A DNA stretch of 64,000 nucleotides, taken from a virus (taxonomy: Duplodnaviria > Heunggongvirae > Uroviricota > Caudoviricetes). This document shows, piece after piece, positions 1-13,700 of this stretch (position 1 is its first letter; the number at the start of each line of letters is the position of its first letter). Made by a program: the position numbers and the translations under genes. Location of the stretch: the IMG/VR virus record IMGVR_UViG_2713896909_000009, positions 1 to 64,000 of that record; one strand, 5' to 3'. Under the pieces are notes generated by a model that did no database searches, had not been told where the DNA came from, and saw only the letters and a program-made list of their open reading frames with translations.

Positions 1-49
1 ATTAGCGCTGATTTATGGGGATCCCTCAGCGCCAATTGGCGGGTTCTTT

Positions 50-838
50 TTAATCACTTTCCACTTCTTCCGTGGTGTTTTCTTGCAGTTCTGTTAATGC
101 AGCACGACACAGGTTCCGGGCCTTGGCTATAGCCACACTTTTTACCTCATCCGTCATTGTGCAGGTAATGTACTGATCGAGTTCTTCAGCTCGGATGATG
201 CTTTTCCCAATCATAAACTCTATTTGCCAGAGCAGATCGGCATCCATCGTCAGTATTTCAGCCTGGCCTTCTGGGCCTGCGGGGAAGCAAACATAAGACT
301 GTTTGCCCAGGCCGATAACTCGACAACTTGCTTCAAGAATTGCGCGCTTGAGATCTGACTTTGTAACGGAAACAGGTTGGTTTTCACCTGTGATTACACC
401 GTTGACATGGACGTGGAAGGGCATGTAGCTTGAAATACGCTCTACTTTCCACACGCCAGCAAGCGATCCTTCATGCAGCACAATGGGGGTAACCGCGAGC
501 TTCATCTCACCATATAACTGCTGGCAGATAGCTGGGTTGCTGAATACATCCAAAGGCTCACATTCAAACAGCGGCGCAATCTGCATGAGGTCCATCATGG
601 TCATCCCTGGGGTACGAGCAGTAATGAATTTGCGCATGCCAGTATCCATTGTTCGCCAGATAGCCACACCATGTTTTTTGCTCACTTCTTCAGTAAAGCC
701 AAGGTGGCACATGATGGTTTTTTCGATAGCCAGATCGGAGATAGAAACCTTTTCGCCAGGTACACCATCATTATTGATGGTTACTTCGACGTTCTGGCCA
801 TTACGCAGGCGGTATTGAATTGCTTTAGTATTTTCCAT
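50..838 (-). CDS. hypothetical protein, last gene of the ssb-side minus-strand operon
   Basis: 262-aa ORF starting 7 nt after the upstream 233-aa ORF; no motif recognised. Confidence 0.35.
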   Translation of the reverse strand: MENTKAIQYRLRNGQNVEVTINNDGVPGEKVSISDLAIEKTIMCHLGFTEEVSKKHGVAIWRTMDTGMRKFITARTPGMTMMDLMQIAPLFECEPLDVFSNPAICQQLYGEMKLAVTPIVLHEGSLAGVWKVERISSYMPFHVHVNGVITGENQPVSVTKSDLKRAILEASCRVIGLGKQSYVCFPAGPEGQAEILTMDADLLWQIEFMIGKSIIRAEELDQYITCTMTDEVKSVAIAKARNLCRAALTELQENTTEEVESD

Positions 839-844
839 GTTAAA

Positions 845-1546
845 TCACTCCACTACAAACCAGTCACATGCCAGCAGGTCACCTACAGAAGGCATCCATG
901 GAACAACTACACCTTGTGCATTTTTCAAAACGAAATGCGCACCATAAGGAGCAAGAGGAGAGTCGAAATTGATTTCAAGCTCTCCGTTTGCGGCATGTTT
1001 TATAGGGGTTAGTCTTGAAGCACCCTGTTTGTCAGGAACCAGCCAGCAGAATTGGTTTTCGCCGTTCCACCCGCGTCGAGCAACTTTCTTGCCATCCTTC
1101 AGCCACATCAGCGCGTCAGAAAAGTCGGCTGCTTCAAGGTCGATTTCTTCTTGCTGGGTGGTGATGCCACCAGCAGAAATAGTTACGCTCCCGGTAAGAT
1201 TAATCATCACGCCGTTGTCATCCGTAATGATGACCGTGGTTCCATTTTCGGAGGCGTCGTTAACCAGGCCGTAGCGTTCCTCAAATGGTTTCTCCGGGGC
1301 ATAGAACAGATAACCGTTTTCATAAACGATCAGATACCCGCCAGTTTTTGGTCGGTGTTTTTGTAAAAACATTGCGTCAACACAAACTGTTGCCCCTTTT
1401 GGTTCAACGAGTTCGATGCAGCCCCAAAGTGGGGCATCAGTTACTCCGAAAATAACAACATTTTTAATTTTCGATGCACTAACGTTTTTGTGAGCTTTGT
1501 ATTTGGGAAGGAACTTAAAAAGCTCTTTCGTTGTCATGTTATTCAT
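845..1546 (-). CDS. hypothetical protein with C-terminal DUF2829 (Tad2-like) region
   Basis: 233-aa ORF; C-terminal 'ALMWLKDGKKVARRGWNGENQFCWL' resembles the DUF2829 signature. Confidence 0.4.
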   Translation of the reverse strand: MNNMTTKELFKFLPKYKAHKNVSASKIKNVVIFGVTDAPLWGCIELVEPKGATVCVDAMFLQKHRPKTGGYLIVYENGYLFYAPEKPFEERYGLVNDASENGTTVIITDDNGVMINLTGSVTISAGGITTQQEEIDLEAADFSDALMWLKDGKKVARRGWNGENQFCWLVPDKQGASRLTPIKHAANGELEINFDSPLAPYGAHFVLKNAQGVVVPWMPSVGDLLACDWFVVE

Positions 1547-1560
1547 AGTCTTTTCTCTGC

Positions 1561-1743
1561 TTAAAAGCTGATGTATTGCGCCTTCAGGTGGGGCAAGAAT
1601 GTTTTCCCACCAGCGAAAGCAATATCTCGGGGTGTTCTATTCGTTAAAAGCGCGTGCCATTGCCAACTTTGGCGTTTTTTAGCGAGTTCGTGCTTTTGTT
1701 GGCGTCTGGACCACCGCTTTTCTTTCAGTCGTTTTTTACTCAT
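1561..1743 (-). CDS. small basic protein
   Basis: 60-aa Lys/Arg-rich ORF whose ATG abuts the ssb stop codon. Confidence 0.3.
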   Translation of the reverse strand: MSKKRLKEKRWSRRQQKHELAKKRQSWQWHALLTNRTPRDIAFAGGKTFLPHLKAQYISF

Positions 1744-2232
1744 TCAAAACGGAATATCGTCATCAAAGTCCATTGGAGGTTCGTTATTGGCGTTGCTCTG
1801 AGGTTTACCGCCACCGCTGTATTGCTGGTGGTTTTGAGGTTGGTTCGATTGCCCCCAGCCATTTGAGGGCTGTGAATCGTCACGGCGAGCGCCGATCATT
1901 TGCATGGTGCCGCCCTGGCTGACGATAATTTCCGTCGTGTAACGTTCTACACCGGCGTCATCTGTCCACTTACGGGTTTTAAGTTTCCCTTCGATGTAGA
2001 CCTGAGAACCTTTTCGTAAATACTCACTCGCAATTTCAGCAAGTTTTCCGAACAAAACGACTTTATGCCATTCTGTTTGCTCTTTCTGGTGGCCCGTTTG
2101 TTTGTCGCGCCATGATTCATTCGTTGCGATGCTGAGTCTTCCGACCGCTCCGCCATTTGGTATATACCTGATCTCCGGGTCTTGCCCCAGGGTACCAATC
2201 AGGATGACTTTGTTTACACCGCGTTGTGCCAC
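1744..2232 (-). CDS. ssb: single-stranded DNA-binding protein
   Basis: 162 aa; OB-fold N-terminus '[13 protein letters not shown]', Gly/Gln/Asn-rich linker, acidic tail ending DDDIPF. Confidence 0.93.
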   Translation of the reverse strand: MAQRGVNKVILIGTLGQDPEIRYIPNGGAVGRLSIATNESWRDKQTGHQKEQTEWHKVVLFGKLAEIASEYLRKGSQVYIEGKLKTRKWTDDAGVERYTTEIIVSQGGTMQMIGARRDDSQPSNGWGQSNQPQNHQQYSGGGKPQSNANNEPPMDFDDDIPF

Positions 2233-2251
2233 TTATCTTACCTAATAAAAT

Positions 2252-2268
2252 AAATTAATTAGAGCAAT
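2252..2268. promoter_or_regulatory. C1 operator-like site just upstream of ssb
   Basis: 'aaattaattagagcaat' is the reverse complement of an ATTGCTCTAAT-type 17-mer. Confidence 0.5.
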
Positions 2269-2401
2269 AATGTATATCTTTGAAACGTAGCTAACAAGTG
2301 ATTTGCATTATCCTGTGCCTTCTAAAGGGATCGAGTCAGTCGGTATTGGCTGTGAATGGGTGTTTGTCCTGGAGCGTAAAAAATTCGCTTATGAGGTCTT
2401 T

Positions 2402-2959
2402 ATGAAGGGAAAAACAGCCGCAGGAGGCGGTGCAATTTGCGCTATCGCGGTGATGATTACCATCGTGATGGGTAATGGCAATGTGCGAACCAACCAGGCG
2501 GGGCTTGAGCTGATTGGTAACGCTGAAGGTTGCCGACGTGATCCATACATGTGCCCGGCAGGGGTATGGACTGACGGGATCGGTAATACACACGGGGTAA
2601 CGCCGGGTGTGCGAAAAACAGACCAGCAAATCGCCGCTGATTGGGAAAAGAATATCCTGATCGCTGAACGCTGTATTAATCAGCACTTCCGGGGCAAAGA
2701 CATGCCCGATAATGCCTTCAGTGCAATGACAAGCGCGGCATTCAATATGGGATGCAATAGCTTACGGACCTACTACAGCAAAGCGCGAGGCATGCGAGTA
2801 GAAACGTCCATCCACAAGTGGGCGCAGAAAGGGGAATGGGTGAATATGTGTAACCATCTCCCTGATTTCGTGAACAGTAACGGCGTGCCCTTGCGAGGTT
2901 TAAAGATTCGCCGTGAAAAAGAACGCCAGCTTTGCCTGACTGGGCTGGTCAATGAATAA
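2402..2959 (+). CDS. lyz: SAR endolysin, T4-lysozyme family
   Basis: 185 aa from the internal ATG of ORF 2303..2959; N-terminal Gly/Ala-rich SAR helix 'GGGAICAIAVMITIVMGNG'; E-x8-D-x5-T catalytic triad in 'NAEGCRRDPYMCPAGVWTDGIGNTHG'. Confidence 0.9.
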   Translation: MKGKTAAGGGAICAIAVMITIVMGNGNVRTNQAGLELIGNAEGCRRDPYMCPAGVWTDGIGNTHGVTPGVRKTDQQIAADWEKNILIAERCINQHFRGKDMPDNAFSAMTSAAFNMGCNSLRTYYSKARGMRVETSIHKWAQKGEWVNMCNHLPDFVNSNGVPLRGLKIRREKERQLCLTGLVNE

Positions 2960-3203
2960 ACTCCGGCAGCTCCGCCGACTTTCGACAATGAAGTTATCGC
3001 TGGCGGCGATAGTTTTTGACTCGATTTTCATGGCGGTATATGTGCTCATTGAGACGTGGCCACTGGAACCGCTATTGTATGCCGGGCTTCGGCTGTGCCT
3101 GACATTTTTGAGCATGGCTGCAAGATTGATGCAGCAGAAAGAAACCGCTTCAGATTGCCCACGTCGCGCGGTGCGCAAATATATGGCACGCAGGCGAAGA
3201 TGA
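2952..3203 (+). CDS. small two-TM membrane protein (holin-like), overlaps the lyz stop
   Basis: 83 aa; two hydrophobic helices and a basic C-terminus 'RRAVRKYMARRRR'. Confidence 0.4.
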   Translation: MNKLRQLRRLSTMKLSLAAIVFDSIFMAVYVLIETWPLEPLLYAGLRLCLTFLSMAARLMQQKETASDCPRRAVRKYMARRRR

Positions 3204-3213
3204 TTTAACCATC

Positions 3214-3247
3214 ATTGCTCTAATAAATTTGATTTATTAGAGCAAAT
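3214..3247. promoter_or_regulatory. bipartite C1 operator (two overlapping 17-mers in inverted orientation)
   Basis: 'attgctctaataaatttgatttattagagcaaat': a perfect ATTGCTCTAATAAATTT plus an inverted partner. Confidence 0.7.
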
Positions 3248-3546
3248 AACCTACCATCGAACACGGCTCTATTGATCTCATCGTCGTTCAGGCTTATAGT
3301 TCCACCGTCGTAGCAAATTCTGCGACCAGGTTTGACAGCCTGAATACGAATGCGGACAACCGCAGATTTCCGATATTGCGGTATTTTTGTGTCCGTAAAC
3401 CACGTTACGCCCGAATTATGGTGGGGCGTGATGGGGAGGCTTCGGCCTGCTGGTTTCATTCGTGCCAGTCTGTCAACCCTGTCACGTCCTGCCACCTGTT
3501 TGACAGCGGGTCGCAGGTTGTTAAACCTACGAATGAGGCCGTAACT

Positions 3547-3768
3547 ATGGTTAATGCCAATCCTTGCGCACGCCCTGAATTTATCTGGCGCTTTTACTCC
3601 TGCCAGAAACGTCACTATCACTTAGTAATTGCACCGACAGAAGATGAGGCCCGCTCTCAGCTTCCTGACGCTCCCTGCATTTTCTCTGCCCGCTTTTCCA
3701 CTGATTCGCGCAACTCTCTCAGTTACTGGTGCCTCCCTGTTAACGCTTCTGCTCAGGAGGGGCTATGA
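3547..3768 (+). CDS. small ORF translationally coupled to the antirepressor-like gene (icd-like position)
   Basis: 73 aa 'MVNANPCARPEFIWRFYSCQKRHYH...'; stop overlaps the next ATG (ATGA); conserved in all three cassettes. Confidence 0.5.
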   Translation: MVNANPCARPEFIWRFYSCQKRHYHLVIAPTEDEARSQLPDAPCIFSARFSTDSRNSLSYWCLPVNASAQEGL

Positions 3769-4856
3769 GAACGTCATTAGTCACCCGTGAAGAAATGATT
3801 GAGGCAATTGAACAGCACACATCCTGTATCAGTACCAGGGATATACCGGGTGTTATTGCCAACTACTTCATGATCACCAAACAACTTTACCGGAGAAAGG
3901 ACAAGAACGCGGTTCACCGCATTCTGTTGTCTGATATCCGTGAATACCTGCTCGAACAGGGTCGTCTTGATTATGCAACCGTAACCGCCGAAGCACGCAA
4001 GGAGGCACACAGGATGAAAGCAACTAATGTTAAATCAGAAAAAATTACCCTGCCTTCAGTTCAGGAATCCGAGCTGGTGGTTGTTCAGAATCAGTCTGAT
4101 GAAATTCCCGTTCTGGAATGGCTGGGAGTGCGTGTCGTAACGACCGAAACTCTTGCTAGAGGGTATGGTACCGATGAAGCCAATATTCGTAAAAATTTGT
4201 CTCGCAACTCCGATCGCTTTGAAGAAGGCAAGCATTACTATCTCTTAACCGGTTCAAAGTTAAAGGAATTTAAAAGGCTAGTGACTATTAGTCACTTGGT
4301 TAGCAAATATACAAGTCAGGTAATTCTCTGGACAGAGCGCGGCGCTGCACGCATGTCTAAGATCGTGGACACAAATGAAGCATGGGCATTCTTTGAAAAA
4401 CTGGAAGACAGCTACTTCCGACAAAAAGAACAGCAACCGGTCTCAATTCCCCAGACGCTTCCAGAAGCTCTGCGCCTGGCTGCCGAGTTGGCAGAACAGA
4501 AAATGCAACTGGAACAACAGCTGGTGGCCGCCGCTCCTAAAGTCGATTTTGCCGACCGGGTATCAGTAGCTAAAGGGATCCTGATTGGGAATTTTGCAAA
4601 GGTTGTTGGACTTAAGCAAAACGCGCTGTTTGCCTGGTTACGGGAGAACGGCATCCTGATTGCGTCCGGCGGACGTAAAAATGTACCGTTTCAGCAGTAC
4701 ATAAATGCCGGGTATTTCACGGTGAAAGAAGTGGTGCTGGATGATGAAGATGGCTACCAGATACGGTTGACGCCCCAGCTAACGGGGAAAGGCCAGCAGT
4801 GGCTGACGCGTAAACTGCTCGATGCAGGTTTATTAAAGCCTGTAGCGGCTGAGTGA
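3765..4856 (+). CDS. antirepressor-like protein (ORF6N/Bro-N-like central domain, KilA-C/ORF6C-like C-terminus), paralog 1
   Basis: 363 aa; 'VLEWLGVRVVTTETLARGYG' and C-terminal 'PKVDFADRVSVAKGILIGNFAKVVGLKQNALFAWLRENGILIASGGRKNVPFQQYINAGYFTVKEV'. Confidence 0.7.
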   Translation: MRTSLVTREEMIEAIEQHTSCISTRDIPGVIANYFMITKQLYRRKDKNAVHRILLSDIREYLLEQGRLDYATVTAEARKEAHRMKATNVKSEKITLPSVQESELVVVQNQSDEIPVLEWLGVRVVTTETLARGYGTDEANIRKNLSRNSDRFEEGKHYYLLTGSKLKEFKRLVTISHLVSKYTSQVILWTERGAARMSKIVDTNEAWAFFEKLEDSYFRQKEQQPVSIPQTLPEALRLAAELAEQKMQLEQQLVAAAPKVDFADRVSVAKGILIGNFAKVVGLKQNALFAWLRENGILIASGGRKNVPFQQYINAGYFTVKEVVLDDEDGYQIRLTPQLTGKGQQWLTRKLLDAGLLKPVAAE

Positions 4857-4868
4857 TTAAATTAAAAA

Positions 4869-4886
4869 GGCGGCCTTTCGGCCGCC
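4869..4886. terminator. GC hairpin terminator between the antirepressor-like gene and pro
   Basis: 'ggcggcc tttc ggccgcc' flanked by an A-run on the plus strand, so a T-run in minus sense. Confidence 0.5.
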
Positions 4887-4931
4887 AGTGATTTCAGATA
4901 CCCCGGCAGCCGCCGGGGTTATTTTTGGTGG

Positions 4932-7662
<2,731 letters not shown>

Positions 7663-7729
7663 TTAATTAGAATAATTCGCATCGTGTTTGAACGGAAATT
7701 TAACACTAGTCACTTGTTAAGGATTACCA

Positions 7730-10700
7730 ATGAACAAGCTATCTATGGGGGTGTTTCGCTGTTCAAGTGTCAGCGAAATATTGAAATACATTAGTGCAAT
7801 AACATCTCACCGAGCGCCGATTAGATACGGCGTGGAAAAGGTGGAAGGCAAAAGCTATGACCGACTACGCCGGGAGGCGAATCAGAAGGCGATAGATTTG
7901 CTTAATTCGCTGGTGGACGGCGCGACACTGACAGATGAACAGCGCCAGATCCTGGCTGGGTACACCGGCGAAGGCGGCATTGGCGGGTCCGTCTCCGAAT
8001 ATTACACACCAAAGCCGATCGCTGAAGGTGTCTGGGAGATCATGAAGCTCTACGGCGCGGACGTAGGTAACACTCTGGAACCATCGGCGGGAACCGGCGT
8101 TTTTAATGAGACAAAACCGGTTGGTACGGTGATGACCGCGACTGAGATCAGCAGTGTTTCCGGTCGTATAAACCAGCTGTTGCACCCGGAAGACAGCGTA
8201 CAGATTTCTCCGTTCGAACAACTGGCTGTAAGCACGCCTAACGATTCATTCGACCATGTTGTGGGTAACGTTCCGTTCGGTGGTCGTGATAACACACGCA
8301 ACATCGATAAGCCTTACGCAGAAGAAACGGACATGGGTTCTTACTTTATGCTCCGCATGCTGGACAAGATAAAGCCAGGCGGATTCATGTGCGTGATTGT
8401 GCCGCCGTCCATTGTTTCAGGTTCAAACATGAAGCGGTTACGCCTGCGTCTATCCCGTAAAGCTGAATTTCTTGGCGCTCACCGCTTGCCTACCGGTACT
8501 TTTGACGCAAACGGGACCAGTACGGTCGTTGATGTGGTGCTGATGCGCAAGCATCCGGCAGAGATGGCTGAGAAAATCCCCCTGGTGGATGAAAGCACTC
8601 TTGAATCGGCAAATGTGCTTTGGCCAACGTTTATTTCTGGCAAGTGGTTTGAAAAGGACGGCCGCCGGTTTGTTCATGGCACCCAGGAGAAGGGATTCCA
8701 GGGGCGTATTGAGGTTCGTGCCGACGGGCAGATTGATAACCAGGCTCTTAAAGCGAAGCTGATTCATCGTTTCGAAAGTCGTATCGACTGGTCTTTGCTC
8801 AATATGGCTGAACCGTCACCGACCGCAGACGTTGTTGATGAAGGGGAAATGCGCCTGATTAATGGCGTATGGCAAAAATATGCTGGTGGTCGCTGGATTG
8901 AATCTGATGCCGGGAAGGAGCTGAAGATTGATGTTGCCAGTTATGGCGCGGACAGCTGGGAGGCTCTTCAGCGTAACCTGACTACAACAGAAGGCCGTCT
9001 CGGTATGACATTTACCCAGATGGCAAATGTCCGCGATAAGTACACCACATCAATCAGCGACGATATGGTGCAGCTGGTGGACTGGATTAACAGCCAGCCT
9101 GAAAAATACCGTGAACGCTTGTATCGCGGGGCGATGATTGGCCGGATGTTAATTGAATATCAGGATATGAAGGCCGCCGGGCATAGTGCTGAACAAATCG
9201 AACAGCAGCGCCTTTCCCTAGTATCCCGTTTGCAGGCAGAGATTGACCGTTTTGGTAACCCCGGTCGCGGTCCGATAGCGAAATTATCGGGGAGCGGTGC
9301 GCGCGCCTGGTTTGCTTTCCGTGGTGCAATTAAGCTGGATGGCACTATTTCTGACGAGCTGACAGGAAAGCTGGTTACGCATGATTCCAGCGCCAGTTAT
9401 GACTCCACCAGCTATCAGGACACCCTGCGTTATCTCTACAGTGATCTCACTCGCGATCCAATCCAGCTCGATGATTTCCGCCTTGCGTTTACCGGCGAAC
9501 TGCCAGCCAGTGATGACGAGTTGCTTAATTTATTGGCCAGCACCCCTGGCATTGCGGTTTCACCGTATGGCGGGATTGTTCCGTTTGCCCGCGCCACCAG
9601 CGGCGACATTAACGAGATAGTGGCTCCAAAACAGGAATTCCTCGCCACGCTCCCCGACGGTCCAGTAAAGAACAACGTCCTTAATCAGCTGGCAGCGATC
9701 GAAGAGAAGCGCATCAAGACGCCAGCAGAGAATATCCGCTTTAAGCTCAATAGTCGTTGGTTCGACCGTTCCGTCATTCTGGAGTTTTTGCAGGAAAACG
9801 GCTATCCGGATCTGCGCTATGTGCAGTCAGTGCAGTTGGAAGGCGACGAAATGGTTTCTGACACCTATCACGGTGGTGATGGTCTGTTTGTCGGGCACCG
9901 ATACGGTGTCGTCCAGCGTAAGGATAAAGAAACAGGCGAGATCCGCTACGAGTGGGACCGTAAATCAGGTGAAAACGCGACCGGGTTCCCGGCACAACTG
10001 GAAAAGTATCTCAATGGTGCACGTATCGGTGGCAAAGATAGCGCGACGGCGAACGGCTACCGCGAGCAGATGGCACTGCTTGAGGACCAGTTCAATAAGT
10101 GGATCAAGACGCACGATCGCTACGATGAACTGGTTGCCAAATACAACGATGTGTTCAATAGCAATATCCCGTATGAACACTCTGGCGATCCGCTTGGGTT
10201 GAAGGGATTAAGCGGTAAGCGACAGCCATTTGATTACCAGAATAGCGAGGTGCGCAGACTGTCCGAAGATGGGCGCGGAATCCTGGGCTTCGGTACCGGG
10301 CTGGGTAAAACCACGACCGCGCTGGCGCTTGAGGCGTTCAACTATGAGAACGGTCGCTCCACCCGTACTGCGTATGTAGTGCCTAAATCAGTGCTGGAAA
10401 ACTGGTATTACGAAGCAAAAGAGTTCCTGAGTGAAGAGGCATTCAGTAACTACCTGTTCGTCGGTCTTGATGTGCTGATGGATGGCGATCAGATTCGCCA
10501 GGTGCCGGTGCTCGATGAGAACGGTAAACCTGTTCTTGGTACTGATGGCACTCCACTTATGCGCGATGCCCTTAAACTGGCAGATGAAGCCACTATCACG
10601 GCGCGTATGAACGCGATCCCGCACTCAAATTACCGTGCTGTAGTGCTCACCAAAGAACAATACTTCCGCCTTCCTCTACGCGATGAAACCGTAGATGAGC

Positions 10701-13700
10701 ATGCTCAAGATATGCTTTTGGACTTTGTTGCCGCCGGGCGTGTAGCCAGCGCAATGGACTCCGACTCCCACCGCAAAGAGGCCGCGCGTCGCCGTATATT
10801 GTCGGAGTATTCAGATACCGGCACCGAAAAATCAGATAAGTATCCGTACTTTGAGGATATGGGCTTCGATAGCGTGATCGTTGACGAAGGCCACAACTAC
10901 CGCAATAGCTATAAAAATGGTCGCGAAGCGTCACAGTTGGCCTATCTGCCCACCAGCGCGGTGGCGCAATCGGCGCGAGATATGGCAATCAAAAACGCGT
11001 ACCTGATGAAAAAGAATGGCGGGCGCGGACCGGTTCTCCTGACTGCAACGCCAGTCGTTAACACCCCGATCGATGCATACAACATGCTTTCTCATGTTCT
11101 GCCGAAGGAATACTGGCAGAAGATGGGGATCTACAGTCCTGATGACTTCGTTAAATTCTTCGGCAAGACCAGGCTGGAAACGGTACAGAAAATCAGCGGT
11201 GAAGTTGAAGAAAAAATGGCGCTGGTGGGCTTTGAAAACCTTGATGCGCTGCGCGGTATATTCCATCGCTGGGTAACGCTTAAAACGGCGGAAGACGTTA
11301 AGGATACCGTGGAGATCCCGGAGCTGGACGAACACCAGCAGGATGCACCACTTACTGAAGAACAACTGGCGGCGTATGAAGAATTGCGTCAGCAGGCGGA
11401 AGCGGCAGCCAAAGCCAACAATGGCGTAACGTCCTCGGTCAATGAAGACGGCGTGATTGAGCACGAGAAAGCCCGTCCGATCTTCTCAATAATCAGGGAT
11501 ATGGACCGCGTATGTACTGACATGGACCTGTACTATCGCCGGATCACCTATCGTTTCCTGCCGGAGTACGCCGATGCGGTGCAGCAGCTGGCGGACAGTT
11601 TGCCTAAACAAGCCACTAGCGAAGACGACGACAGTGATGATTCTATCACGCAGCAATCGCAATACTCCCTGATAGATAAGGGCGAGTTTATTCAGTTGCA
11701 GGTTCCGGAAGCGTTCGAGCAGGAAGTGAATAAGCGCCTGGCCAGGTTTGGCATTGACGAACAGACCGTTACTCACCCCGTTATGCCCAAATACGCGAAG
11801 CTGATCGCCACGCTGAAGGAGTTTTTCCCGGAAGGTAAGCAAATCATCTTCACCGATGAAAAAACGCAGCACCAGAAGCTCAAGCGCATTATCTGCAATG
11901 CTCTTAACCTTGAACCTTCAAAGGTGGGGATCCTGAATGCTCAGACGGTTGCCGAGGCAGGTAAAACCGGTAAGAAACTGAAAGCGGTTAAACCGCCGAA
12001 AGAGTTACCGGATGAACCAACAGATGCACAGATAGCGAAATACAACGAGCAAATGGCTCTGTATGACGCCTATATCGCGCAGCAAAATGAAATGTCGCTG
12101 GGCGGGCTGGAAAAGATTGCTGCCGACTTCCAGGAGGGCCGGACTCCGATCATCATCTGCAACAAAAAGGCAGAGGTGGGTATCAACCTGCATCGAGGAA
12201 CGACTGACATCCATCATCTGACGTTGCCATGGACACCAGCCAGTATCGCACAGCGTAACGGTCGCGGTGCCCGAGTTGGCTCCAACCGTGCAAGCGTTCG
12301 CGTTCACTACTACTGCGGCAAGGGTTCTTTCGATGAATACCGACTGAAGACGCTGAAGCGTAAAGCAGGCTGGATCTCCGATATCCTCCGTTCAGATAAG
12401 TCAGAAATGGAGAACGCCGACGCCAACGATATGATCGAAATGCAGATGTATACCGCTAAGGATGATGGCGAACGTCTGGCAATGATGCAGGTTCAAATGG
12501 ATAAGGCGAAAGCCGCGCAACGCGCTCGCCAGAAAGAACAGGCTACTATCGACCTTCAGAACTACATCAAGGCGCAGCACGCAGCTGGCGAGGATGTGGA
12601 GGTACTTACCGCTGAATTGGAGCGAAGCAAAGCGGAACTTGAAAAGACCACCGCCGACGTCGACAAATTCAAACAAGCAGCAATGGCCAAAGCAGCTGAT
12701 AACGCAGACTGGAAGGCCCGCTGGGGGAGTGTCCATCACACAGACCGTATGTTGTTAGCACAGTATCGCGCGTCGTTGAAAAGCGCCATTCAGCGCAAGG
12801 CTAATATCTCTCAAGCCATCTCCCGCTATGAGAAATTATTGAACCGTACTCAGAAGGCCGCGACGGATATCAAACGCCTGCGCCCGCTGGTGGAGGATGC
12901 AATAAATAAAGGCATTCTGGATGTTGATCCTGACCTAGTTAACCATGCGAGTGAGTTCCTTGTTATCGGCGATCGCTCATGGCGTGTAGGCCAATACTAC
13001 GATTGTGCCGGTGATATCGTTCGCATTAAGTCGCTGGACTTCGACAGCCAGCGCGCAGACGTGGAGATCATCTTTACCTTCAAAGGCACCAAATCGGGTA
13101 ACTGGGATGTGAAGACGCTGGATAAACAGGTGGATGTAACTCCCGATGAAGATGCTGTTATGCAGAAAATCAGTGGTGGCGTCTCCATCGCCGGGATTAA
13201 CGACATCATTTCCTGTGACGATTTCTACCGTTTCCAGCAGCGCGGCATGATCAAAATCACTGACTCATACGGCGTTCAGACTACAGAGTCAGGCTATAGC
13301 ATTGATTTTGTTGGTACCTATACGGACCCACTGAAGCATGCGGTTTACCCGGATCGCCGTGACGGCGCGCTGAAGTCGTCAATTGCAAAATGGGTGCTTG
13401 GTATGATGTCGGAAGGGAATAACCGCCAGATCCGTTCGGCAGAAACATTCCTGGTTGAACTGTTTGGCTCCAATTATGGCGATGTAATCGCGTCATACGG
13501 AGATACGCTATCCCCTGAAGCAATTCAGGAGAAAATAGCGGATGCGATCGCCAGAATGCCGGAAAAAACAAACCAGGGGGCTACTCGTAACGGGGATTCT
13601 GAACTTGAAGTCACCAATGCCATTTTCGGTACCAATGAGTTCCGGGCGTCAGATTATGAGATCACCACAGCACAGTTTGGCACCATTGGCATTTACAGCA

